NCBI GenBank assembly: GCA_021648085.1
Contig: JAKITS010000001.1
Location: 132,948 to 196,947, forward strand
DNA: 64,000 nt
Source of the DNA: Candidatus Magasanikiibacteriota bacterium
Lineage (GTDB): Bacteria; Patescibacteriota; Patescibacteriia; Magasanikbacterales; UBA922
Reading direction: 5' to 3'
Shown here: in pieces, positions 51,570 to 59,510 of the stretch
Numbering within the stretch: position 1 is the stretch's first letter
Layout: each line of letters begins with the position of its first letter
Made by a program: the position numbers and the translations under genes
Notes under the pieces: model-generated
What the model saw: only the letters and a program-made list of their open reading frames with translations
Database searches by the model: none
What the model was told of the DNA's origin: nothing

Positions 51570-52010
51570 TTATTCCTCACCCCTTATCACAATCTTCCTT
51601 CTATTTTCTTCAGCTTGTATCAAATCTATTTCAATTATATCTTTGTCGGCAATTAATTCTTGTACTTTCTCTGGCCATTCTATCAAAGTCAAAGTATCCT
51701 TTTTTCCAATATAATCTTCTGCGCCAATTTCTATCAATGCTTCCTCATCTTTCAATCTGTAAGTATCTATGTGGATAAGTTTTTTTATTCCATTTTTTTC
51801 TTTGTCCAAAGTATACACATTCATCAAAGTAAAAGTAGGACTATTTATAGTTCTTTTTATTTTTAAACCCTGCGCAATTCCTTTTACAAAAGTACTTTTC
51901 CCGGCACCCAATTCACCATTTAGCAAGATAATATCTCCGCCTTTTAATTCTTTTACTAAATTTTTTCCAACTTCTTCTGTTTCTGTTGGTGAATTGGTTA
52001 TAAATTCCAT
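51570..52010 (-). CDS. tsaE: tRNA t6A biosynthesis ATPase TsaE
   Basis: GELGAGKST, SPTF, HIDTYRL, IEWP. Confidence 0.93.
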   Translation of the reverse strand: MEFITNSPTETEEVGKNLVKELKGGDIILLNGELGAGKSTFVKGIAQGLKIKRTINSPTFTLMNVYTLDKEKNGIKKLIHIDTYRLKDEEALIEIGAEDYIGKKDTLTLIEWPEKVQELIADKDIIEIDLIQAEENRRKIVIRGEE

Positions 52011-52011
52011 A

Positions 52012-53262
52012 TTATTTTTTTAATTCTGGATAGAGTGGAAAATGACTTGTCATTTCCTTCACATCATTTTTTATATTTTCTAGTATAGCATCATCTGTGT
52101 GATTTTCCACAGCTTTATTTATCCACACTGCTATCTGCTCCATCTCTATTTCTTTCATACCGCGTGTGGTTATTGCTGGTGTACCTAGGCGAATTCCACT
52201 TGGATCAAATGGGCTTCTTGTGTCGTCTGGAATCATATTTTTGTTCACTGTAATTCCTGCTTTGTCTAGTGCCTCTTCTGCTTCTTTTCCTGTCACATTT
52301 TTTGGCGACACATCTATGAGAAGTAGGTGATTATCTGTTCCACCAAACATAAGTTTAAAACCAAACTCAGATAATTTTTGTTCCAAAACTTTTGCATTCT
52401 TTTTTATTTGAATTGCATATTCTTTGAAGTCTGGTTGCAAAGCTTCTTTGAAAGCTACAGCTTTTCCGGCGATATTATTTTCGTGTGGACCACCTTGAAG
52501 TCCTGGAAAAACTGCCTTATTCACTCTTTTTGCAAATTCTTTTTTACACATTATCATACCACCTCTTGGTCCACGCAAAGTTTTGTGAGTTGTGGTTGTC
52601 ACAACATCAAAAATAGGCACAGGATTATTCATTTGTCCACCTGCAATTAGCCCAGCAATATGTGCAATATCTGCCATTGTATAAGCTCCAACTTCGTCTG
52701 CAATCTTTTTTACCCCCTTATAATCTATTTCTCGAGAGTAAGCACTATAACCAACCAAAATTAATTTTGGTTTATGCTCCAACGCCATTTGTCTCAAATT
52801 TTCCAAATCAAGCAAACCCTCCTCATTTGTTTTGTATCTTATAAAATTGTACATTTTTGCCATTGCTGTCACAGGATGCCCGTGAGTCAGATGTCCACCA
52901 TGAGACAAATCCATTCCAAGTACAGTATCTCCCATTTCTAGTAATGCAACATAAGCTGCCATATTTGCTGGTGCTCCAGAAAGTGGTTGTACATTTACAT
53001 GTTCAGCTTCAAAAATTTCTTTTGCTCGGTCTATTGCGAGTTGTTCAATTACATCTATATTTTCACAACCACCATAATATCTTCGTCCAGGATAGCCCTC
53101 GGCATATTTGTTTGTAAGTACGGAACCCAAAGTTTCTAAAACTGCCATTGATACAAAATTCTCAGATGGAATCATCTCCAAACCATTTTCCTGTCTCCTA
53201 GTTTCTTTTTTTATAGATTCGTTTACTTGTGGATCAAATTTTTCTAGAGATAGTTTATTCAT
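52012..53262 (-). CDS. glyA: Serine hydroxymethyltransferase
   Basis: [41 protein letters not shown]. Confidence 0.97.
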   Translation of the reverse strand: MNKLSLEKFDPQVNESIKKETRRQENGLEMIPSENFVSMAVLETLGSVLTNKYAEGYPGRRYYGGCENIDVIEQLAIDRAKEIFEAEHVNVQPLSGAPANMAAYVALLEMGDTVLGMDLSHGGHLTHGHPVTAMAKMYNFIRYKTNEEGLLDLENLRQMALEHKPKLILVGYSAYSREIDYKGVKKIADEVGAYTMADIAHIAGLIAGGQMNNPVPIFDVVTTTTHKTLRGPRGGMIMCKKEFAKRVNKAVFPGLQGGPHENNIAGKAVAFKEALQPDFKEYAIQIKKNAKVLEQKLSEFGFKLMFGGTDNHLLLIDVSPKNVTGKEAEEALDKAGITVNKNMIPDDTRSPFDPSGIRLGTPAITTRGMKEIEMEQIAVWINKAVENHTDDAILENIKNDVKEMTSHFPLYPELKK

Positions 53263-53389
53263 AAATATTCTTAAAACATTAGTATTTAAAGTTTAACAAA
53301 TTTAAGCAAATTAGTACAAGTCTTGTTTTTTTATTGTAAAAATGATAATTTTAAGCTAGTTCTTTAACATTTTTTAAAAGGAGCGAGTA

Positions 53390-53575
53390 GTGTTTTTCTA
53401 TGTTTTGTTAGTCTGTATTACAATTTTTATAATTTGGTTTTACTTTGCAATTTTGAGAGTTCAAAAAGAGGAAAGGAGGCAAGGTATGATATTGTCTAAA
53501 AAAGAGTTCAATAAAGCAATTTTAAAAGAAATTTTTCTATCTTTCACACTCAAAAAAGGAGGAGGAGATGAGTAA
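53390..53575 (+). CDS. Small membrane protein, hypothetical
   Basis: GTG start with AAGGAG SD, single TM helix, overlaps next gene. Confidence 0.5.
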   Translation: MFFYVLLVCITIFIIWFYFAILRVQKEERRQGMILSKKEFNKAILKEIFLSFTLKKGGGDE

Positions 53576-54653
53576 AAAAATCCTAAGTAATATTCAAGGT
53601 TGTTTGATGGGAATTATGATTGGTGACGCAATGGGTGCGCCATGTGAAGTAATGACTTTTCAAGAAATTGCAAAAGCTACAAACGGTGGAATAAAAGATT
53701 TTGAAGATCTCTCTGTTTTTGAAAGAAGATTGGACAAGGGTTTACGTTTTAAAGTTGGTGATACCACAGACGATTGGGCTTTTACAAAAGCACTTACAGA
53801 ATCTTTAATTGTAAAAGGCGGCTATAGTCATATGGACTGTGCTCGCAGATTTGTAGAAGTTTACAAAAGTGGCGTGGTTGGAATGGGTCGTACAACCAGA
53901 GAAAGTTTGTATACTGTAAAAAAATTTTTAGATGTTCTTTCTGGTGAGGAAAAGCAGAAATATAGTAATATGGATAGAGTGGATTTGTATGGAACTTTTA
54001 GAAGGTTAATTAACAGGCAAAATTATGGAAATGGGGCTGGTGTGGCTATGAGGATTGCACCTTTAGCAATTCTTAGTTCTGTTTCTGGAGAAAATCTTGA
54101 CTTATTATATGAACAACTTCGTTTAAATAGTTCTATTACCCATTTAAACAAGCAGGCATCTGATTCTGCATGTTTGGTGGGTTGTATAATACACGATATT
54201 TTTTCTGAAAGCCTTGGTGATATTTATTCTAACTATAGTTATTTAAAGTCTATTATTAGTGAAGTTGGTAATGAAATTGAAGGTTTATTGTTAAATTGGA
54301 ATAAAAATAAAAGAACACTGCTTAGTGAAATGTTGTTTGTAGAAGAGAAATATAATGATTTGTTGGCTTTAAAACTTAAGTTTTGTATGGGTAGATCTGC
54401 TTTTTCTGCTTTAAGTTCGGTTGCATTTTCTGTTTCTATATTTGTTCGTAATATGAATAAATTTCGAGCAGGAATTTTGGAAGCGGTAAATGCTGGTGGA
54501 GATACAGATACCACAGCTTCTATGGTTGGCGCTATGCTTGGTGCCCAGTGCGGTTTGGAAGGAATTCCTAAAGAGTGGAGAGACTTTAATCCAGAATTCA
54601 AAGAGGCCGAAGAATTAGGTGAAAAATTGTACAACTTAGCTTTTAACAAATAA
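53568..54653 (+). CDS. ADP-ribosylglycohydrolase family protein
   Basis: GDAMG, TTDD, GAGVAMR, TH, GGDTDTTASMVGA; strong GGAGG SD. Confidence 0.9.
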   Translation: MSKKILSNIQGCLMGIMIGDAMGAPCEVMTFQEIAKATNGGIKDFEDLSVFERRLDKGLRFKVGDTTDDWAFTKALTESLIVKGGYSHMDCARRFVEVYKSGVVGMGRTTRESLYTVKKFLDVLSGEEKQKYSNMDRVDLYGTFRRLINRQNYGNGAGVAMRIAPLAILSSVSGENLDLLYEQLRLNSSITHLNKQASDSACLVGCIIHDIFSESLGDIYSNYSYLKSIISEVGNEIEGLLLNWNKNKRTLLSEMLFVEEKYNDLLALKLKFCMGRSAFSALSSVAFSVSIFVRNMNKFRAGILEAVNAGGDTDTTASMVGAMLGAQCGLEGIPKEWRDFNPEFKEAEELGEKLYNLAFNK

Positions 54654-54657
54654 AAGC

Positions 54658-54686
54658 AAAACCATCTCAATTGAGATGGTTTTTTT
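54658..54686. terminator. Bidirectional terminator
   Basis: AAAACCATCTCAATTGAGATGGTTTTTT palindrome between convergent genes. Confidence 0.8.
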
Positions 54687-54688
54687 AT

Positions 54689-56329
54689 TTAAATTTTCCT
54701 CACCATATAAGTACCAACTTTTCGATACCCTAATTTTCTATAATATCCTCTTACTCCAACTCCAGAAATTACAGCCATTTTTTTGTAGCCTTCTTTTTTT
54801 GCAATTTTTTCTGCTTCAACCATTAATTTTTTACCAGTTCCTTTGTGTTGTGCTGCATTTTTCTTGTATTTACCAATTCCCACAAGTTGTCCGTAAGTAT
54901 GAAGCTCTCGTACAAAAGCACAATTTTTTATTTCTGGGAGTAATTTATAAACTCCTATTTTTTTCGGAGTTTTTTCTGGAATTCTAAGTCTCAAAAATCC
55001 AAACAAAGCTTCGCGGTTTTTGGTTTCATAACTTATAAAGTATTCTTTCCCACCAACTGTTTCATACATTTCCACAAATAGGTGGGGAGGTTCATTTGCA
55101 AGTTCTTTGTGTCTGCCAATTTCGCGACAACGCAAACATACACATTTTTCACCTTTTTCTGCCATTTTTTCTTTTAGCATTTCTCGTAGATTTGTAGTGG
55201 AGTTTCCTGCTGTGATTTCTGTACTTGGAATATCGCGAATCAATCTAGAAATTCTACAATAAAGCGGAGTGGCAATTTTCATTTTTATCAAAGACTCAAA
55301 CAAATCTTTTGGATTCTGTGGTTTATATTTTTTATTTTTGTACCATTTATAAAGCTCTGTATTTTTCAAAACTGCGCAAGGATAAATCTTTACCATATCT
55401 GGTCGCAGTGCCTCGTCTACAAACAAACTCTTGTACATCTCTACATCGTGCTGCGGGCTAGATCCAGGCAAGTCTGGCATAAAGTGTAGATCTACTTTAA
55501 AACCAGCTTGTCTTAGTAAAAACATGGCTTTTTTGAATTGCTCTACTGTGTGTCCGCGCTTTGTAAGCTCCAAAATTTTATCGTCTGGTGCTTGAAGTCC
55601 AAGCTCAATTCTAGTGCAACCTTGCCTACGCATATGGAAAATTGTTTTTGGTGTAATTGTGTCTGGGCGTGTTTCCAAAGTTAACCCAATTATTCTAAAT
55701 TTTGCTTTTTCATTTTTCCTTTGTTCTTTTTCTAGTGCTTCTTGAAGTTCTTCTAAGGTTGAATCTAAACTAACCTTCTCCTTCTTAGGTTTTCCATATT
55801 CATTACACGCGCGAAAAGATTCCAAAATAAACCAATATTGATATTTTATTTGGTAAGCATTCCAAGTTCCGCCTTTAATTATAAATTCAATTTTATCTGC
55901 AATATGTCCACTTTCTGTTAAAGCTTCAATTCTTCTACGCATTTGCTCGTAAGGACTAAAGTCCAAAAGTAGAGCTCTTGCTGCTGCAGGTTCAGATGCA
56001 AGATAACTTTTTGGCATTCGCTTTTCTGTTGGGCAATATATGCATTTTCCTGGACAACTATATGGTTTTACAAGTGAGGTCACAACGGCAATTCCAGACA
56101 AACTGCGAATATCTGCTTTTCGCATAAAAAGTTCTAAATTCTTATCTTTTTTTATTTTCTTTTTTTCAACCAATTCTCTATAAACAGCAAAAAGCAACCT
56201 ATTTGAAGGTTGTTTTAGTTTCATTTTTCCTGCAATTATTCTTTTGGCATCATCTACTCCAAATTTGTGTTGCGGTTTTTTTGAAATTATAAATCTTAAT
56301 ATTTTTTCCAATTCTTTCTTTGTGTGCAT
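54689..56329 (-). CDS. elp3: Elp3-type tRNA U34 carboxymethylation enzyme (radical SAM plus GNAT)
   Basis: RSLSGIAVV, CPGKCIYC, ETRPD, KIYP, RELH.YG, QHKG.G, ISGVGVR.YY. Confidence 0.9.
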   Translation of the reverse strand: MHTKKELEKILRFIISKKPQHKFGVDDAKRIIAGKMKLKQPSNRLLFAVYRELVEKKKIKKDKNLELFMRKADIRSLSGIAVVTSLVKPYSCPGKCIYCPTEKRMPKSYLASEPAAARALLLDFSPYEQMRRRIEALTESGHIADKIEFIIKGGTWNAYQIKYQYWFILESFRACNEYGKPKKEKVSLDSTLEELQEALEKEQRKNEKAKFRIIGLTLETRPDTITPKTIFHMRRQGCTRIELGLQAPDDKILELTKRGHTVEQFKKAMFLLRQAGFKVDLHFMPDLPGSSPQHDVEMYKSLFVDEALRPDMVKIYPCAVLKNTELYKWYKNKKYKPQNPKDLFESLIKMKIATPLYCRISRLIRDIPSTEITAGNSTTNLREMLKEKMAEKGEKCVCLRCREIGRHKELANEPPHLFVEMYETVGGKEYFISYETKNREALFGFLRLRIPEKTPKKIGVYKLLPEIKNCAFVRELHTYGQLVGIGKYKKNAAQHKGTGKKLMVEAEKIAKKEGYKKMAVISGVGVRGYYRKLGYRKVGTYMVRKI

Positions 56330-56379
56330 ATTTGAGAAGTTCTAATTGTTATATCGTTTCGCTTGTTTTTTGCCTTGTT

Positions 56380-56465
56380 GTCATTCTCAGCTTGACTGGG
56401 AATCCAGAGTCTGCAAACCAGAATGTTGAATCAAATCCTGGACCCCCAATCAAGTTGAGGATGAC
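56380..56465. repeat. REP family B inverted pair
   Basis: GTCATTCTCAGCTTGACTGGGAATCCAG...CTGGACCCCCAATCAAGTTGAGGATGAC. Confidence 0.8.
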
Positions 56466-56511
56466 GAATAAAATATCCTTTTTTGCTTAGTCTACCTAGT
56501 TTGTTTTCTCA

Positions 56512-57390
56512 TCATTTTCCAGTAATCAAACAAACAATTGCCCCATTCCAACTCCAGCCAGATTCGCGAGCTTTGATAAGTCCAGCCACAGAAAGTGCGC
56601 TGTTTGGTGAAATCTCTATTTCTGTGTCTTCTACTGTTATATTTATTGCGCTTTTTATTTCATTATTTGTGACTATCCAGCCACTTCCTTTTGAGTTTTT
56701 TACAATTTCTGTAACTATATCTTTTCTGTGCGCTACATTATCCACAATTGCTCCAGCTATTGAATCCTCTACATCTATTTTATCCCATTTCATAAATTCA
56801 CTAGCAATTGGATTGCAACTTTCTGTCTGTACTATATGAATTTGTGGATTTTGTTTTAAACTCTCAAAGTGCTTTCCCAAAGCTTCTGCTGTAGTTCCAG
56901 AAGAAGTTGGTACAAAAATAGCCTCCAAATTCTCTATTTCATCTAATTCTTCTGCTAAACTCTTATATCCTTCCAAAGCAGTTTCATCTGTAGATTGTCT
57001 TAAATAAGCGATATTTTCTTTTTTTCCCTCCAAAAAAGCCTGTTGTTTTGGTCTTTCTACTTGTTTTATCTCTATATTTTCGTCTGTAAGCTTATTTAAA
57101 GGTTTTAATTTGCCTTCACTTATCTTTTTACCCACAAAAACCGCTAATTTTACAGCTTTTTGAGCTGTTTTGTTGTGTTTTTTTACAAATAGCATAGCAG
57201 TTAGTCCTGCATTTCCAGAGGAGGATACTACAAATTCAGTAATGCCTGTCTTTATATAGCTTTCAATCATTTTTGGAATAGACCTACCTTTGTGAGATTT
57301 GTACTCATGCATGTCTTCTCTTTTCAAATAAAGCATTGGTACGCCGATACTACTTGCCAAATTTGGGTATGATTTTTGTGGTGTTTGCAT
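56512..57390 (-). CDS. PLP-dependent fold-type II enzyme (threonine synthase/dehydratase-like)
   Basis: TP, LKRED...SHKGR (PLP lysine), SSSGNAG, VPTSSGTT, C-terminal ITG. Confidence 0.85.
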   Translation of the reverse strand: MQTPQKSYPNLASSIGVPMLYLKREDMHEYKSHKGRSIPKMIESYIKTGITEFVVSSSGNAGLTAMLFVKKHNKTAQKAVKLAVFVGKKISEGKLKPLNKLTDENIEIKQVERPKQQAFLEGKKENIAYLRQSTDETALEGYKSLAEELDEIENLEAIFVPTSSGTTAEALGKHFESLKQNPQIHIVQTESCNPIASEFMKWDKIDVEDSIAGAIVDNVAHRKDIVTEIVKNSKGSGWIVTNNEIKSAINITVEDTEIEISPNSALSVAGLIKARESGWSWNGAIVCLITGK

Positions 57391-57482
57391 AAATTTAAAA
57401 TAAAATTCTATATTTTAACATGTTAAATATATCAGTTTTTGGCTAAAGTATCAAGTTTTTTCGTGATTTCGTCTTAAAAGAC

Positions 57483-57511
57483 TTGACAAAACATTAAAAA
57501 TGTGCTATTAT
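57483..57511 (+). promoter_or_regulatory. Strong sigma70 promoter with extended -10
   Basis: TTGACA-17 bp-TATTAT with TGn before the -10 box. Confidence 0.75.
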
Positions 57512-57517
57512 ATTTAA

Positions 57518-57853
57518 ATAATATGAAAGTATTATTAAAGTTCTTTGTACAGCGGTGTGTAGTCGCAGATCCATTTGCATTAACGCAATTGGTTGGGTAC
57601 GAAGAATGTGTCCTATTTATATTATATAGTGACACCGAAGAATCGGGAAGTGAATCCTCTTGGGTTCCAAGAGTTTCTGAGTATCGTTTGATGGTACTTA
57701 GGAAAATCCCGAACAACCCTGTAGAAGGGTTAGAGAACGGGTCTGATCAGCCCTCTCACTGCACAATCGACTTTTGGTTAGTGGGGTTTCCACATCGTTT
57801 TTCCAAAGCGAGCCAATTGTCACCACCCCCAGACTTTGTCTGGGGGTTTTTTT
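57518..57853 (+). ncRNA. Candidate structured non-coding RNA of unknown family
   Basis: GC-richer than flanks, enclosed by promoter and terminator, long-range closing helix plus several nested hairpins with G-U pairs. Confidence 0.55.
57825..57853 (+). terminator. Intrinsic terminator
   Basis: ACCCCCAGAC-ttt-GTCTGGGGGT followed by a T-tract. Confidence 0.85.
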
Positions 57854-57917
57854 ATTGACAAAAATCATTTTTTTGTGTAAAGTCTAATAAGAACCTTTCA
57901 TTTTGTTGGAGGTAAAA

Positions 57918-58211
57918 ATGAAAAAGGTAGGAGTTTTCAAAAGTTTAAGTTCTTTATTAAAAGTAAAAAGTTTTCTGAATTTTTTTGCGATTTATGTTCA
58001 TTTTGCAAAAAGTATAAAAGACTCTGGTAAAAAGAAGGTATTTTTGATTGTTTATTTTGGATTGGCTATTCCAACTATTGGATATTATTACGCTTTCGCA
58101 AAAATTTTTAGTTTAACAGTTTTTATTTTTGTGTGGTTTTTTCTTTTCCCGCTTTTCTATTATTGGCTTGGGCAGGGGAATGTGCCAAAGAAGGTAAAAA
58201 CCAAAAAATAG
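57918..58211 (+). CDS. Small two-TM membrane protein, hypothetical
   Basis: ATG 57918 with GGAGG SD; own promoter (TTGACA 57855, TAAAGT 57878) and terminator hairpin 58217-58241. Confidence 0.6.
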   Translation: MKKVGVFKSLSSLLKVKSFLNFFAIYVHFAKSIKDSGKKKVFLIVYFGLAIPTIGYYYAFAKIFSLTVFIFVWFFLFPLFYYWLGQGNVPKKVKTKK

Positions 58212-58360
58212 TTCACAAGACCGATTCATTTCGGTCTTTTTGTTTGAAAATTACCGTTAACAATGTTAAACTTTTAATAGTAATGTAAAGTTTTTCTCTG
58301 TCATTTCGAACTAAAGTCAGAAATCCCTTAAACGTGATATATAAGTAAAACTTTTTTTTA

Positions 58361-58572
58361 AATTCAAAACCCAATCCTTCTCACTTTACCTTTTGAGACC
58401 AAAAGGTAACCAAAAGTGCCGAACGGTTGATAATTTTAGGCTTAATTTATTTTTAAAACTTATTTAATTAACCGCATTCGCTATTTTAATTATCCTTTTG
58501 TATTCTCAAAAGGACCATAAGTTTTAAAAAGAAATTAGTTCAAAAATTTCAAATGTTCGGGAGGTTGGAATT
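58361..58572. repeat. Multi-hairpin palindromic element upstream of the LysW-like gene
   Basis: TTACCTTTTG-agac-CAAAAGGTAA hairpin followed by a long imperfect stem CCGAAC...GTTCGG (58419-58560). Confidence 0.5.
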
Positions 58573-58604
58573 TAGGACGAAAAATAATTTATTAATAAAA
58601 AAAT

Positions 58605-58769
58605 ATGCATTTAGTTTGCCCAGAATGTAAAAATGATGTGGATTTGGAAGCTCATCCAAAAGTGAAAGTTGGACAAGTTGTAGAATGTGATAAATGTGGA
58701 ATTACTCTTTCTGTTCTAGGAATAGACGGAGACGAGATAAACGCAGAAGTTGTGGATGAAGGAAAATAA
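58605..58769 (+). CDS. LysW-like zinc-ribbon carrier protein (54 aa, not in the ORF track)
   Basis: MHLVCPECKNDVDLEAHPKVKVGQVVECDKCGITLSVLGIDGDEINAEVVDEGK: two CxxC, LysW size and spacing, acidic tail. Confidence 0.75.
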   Translation: MHLVCPECKNDVDLEAHPKVKVGQVVECDKCGITLSVLGIDGDEINAEVVDEGK

Positions 58770-58822
58770 TTGCGATAATAGACTAAGTAAAAAAGTTGTT
58801 TTATTTAATTAAAATAAAAAAT

Positions 58823-59398
58823 ATGAAATTTAAAGTAGTATTAATAGGTGTGGTATTAGTAGGTGTTCTTGTAATTTCTGGTTGTAGTTTGTTTGAGGAA
58901 AGGGATACAAAATTGGAAAACTCGTTAAACAATCAAGCAAATTTAGAAATAAATAACGTGCAGTTTGCAAATGTACCTGAGGTAGGCAAAGACATAGAGG
59001 ATGAAAGAGGTTTGCATTCTCAGGTTATTCGCGACATAGATGGAATAAAGTATTCCAATAATATCTATCGTTTTTCTTTTATTGTGCCTAATAAATGGGG
59101 TAATGTAAAAGATGTGGTTTCAGAAGGTATGACTGGAACAAAGTTTGTGGAAAGTATTAGGATAATTGATGTGAATAATACTGAAAAGTTTATTGATATA
59201 TATGTTGTAAAAACTGAAGATAAAAACCATGCTACTATCACAGATGCGCCAATTACGTATTTAGCAGGCGACTCAACTTACAGTTTTTATTGGTCAGGAA
59301 GTGCCGATGGTGCAGGAATGCCTGGGCTTGAGGATCAAAAGTATATGGATATATTAGTAGAATTAAATAAAGTAAAAAATACTTTTAAACTTTGGTAA
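58823..59398 (+). CDS. Putative lipoprotein, hypothetical
   Basis: MKFK plus hydrophobic stretch plus ISGC lipobox; ATG at 58823. Confidence 0.7.
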   Translation: MKFKVVLIGVVLVGVLVISGCSLFEERDTKLENSLNNQANLEINNVQFANVPEVGKDIEDERGLHSQVIRDIDGIKYSNNIYRFSFIVPNKWGNVKDVVSEGMTGTKFVESIRIIDVNNTEKFIDIYVVKTEDKNHATITDAPITYLAGDSTYSFYWSGSADGAGMPGLEDQKYMDILVELNKVKNTFKLW

Positions 59399-59409
59399 AA
59401 GAATAAAAA

Positions 59410-59445
59410 TAAAAAAGACGCTGAAATGAATTAGCGTCTTTTTTA
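59410..59445. terminator. Bidirectional terminator
   Basis: AAAAAAGACGCT...AGCGTCTTTTTT between convergent genes. Confidence 0.8.
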
Positions 59446-59469
59446 ATCTTTAAATTTGTGAATTGTTCA

Positions 59470-59510
59470 CGAGATCCATTCGACTCCACTTCATTCCACT
59501 CAGGACGATG
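59470..59510. repeat. REP family A unit overlapping the stop codon of the fusion gene
   Basis: CGAGATCCATTCGACTCC...TTCCACTCAGGACGA. Confidence 0.65.

Noticed and set aside
50818-56329. Archaeal-type pyrH and Elp3 as recent transfers from archaea
   Set aside because: Both types are known in CPR and other bacteria; no compositional or mobility signal around them
57518-57853. Identification as RNase P RNA, tmRNA, SRP RNA or a tRNA cluster
   Set aside because: No GAGGAAAGTCC RNase P core, no tRNA-like ends with TTCGA loop and CCA, no SRP helix-8 motif seen on either strand
57502-57858. 118-aa ORF over the ncRNA candidate
   Set aside because: Starts inside the promoter -10 region, runs through the terminator hairpin (PPPDFVWGFF), has atypical composition and no recognisable motif; not fully excluded
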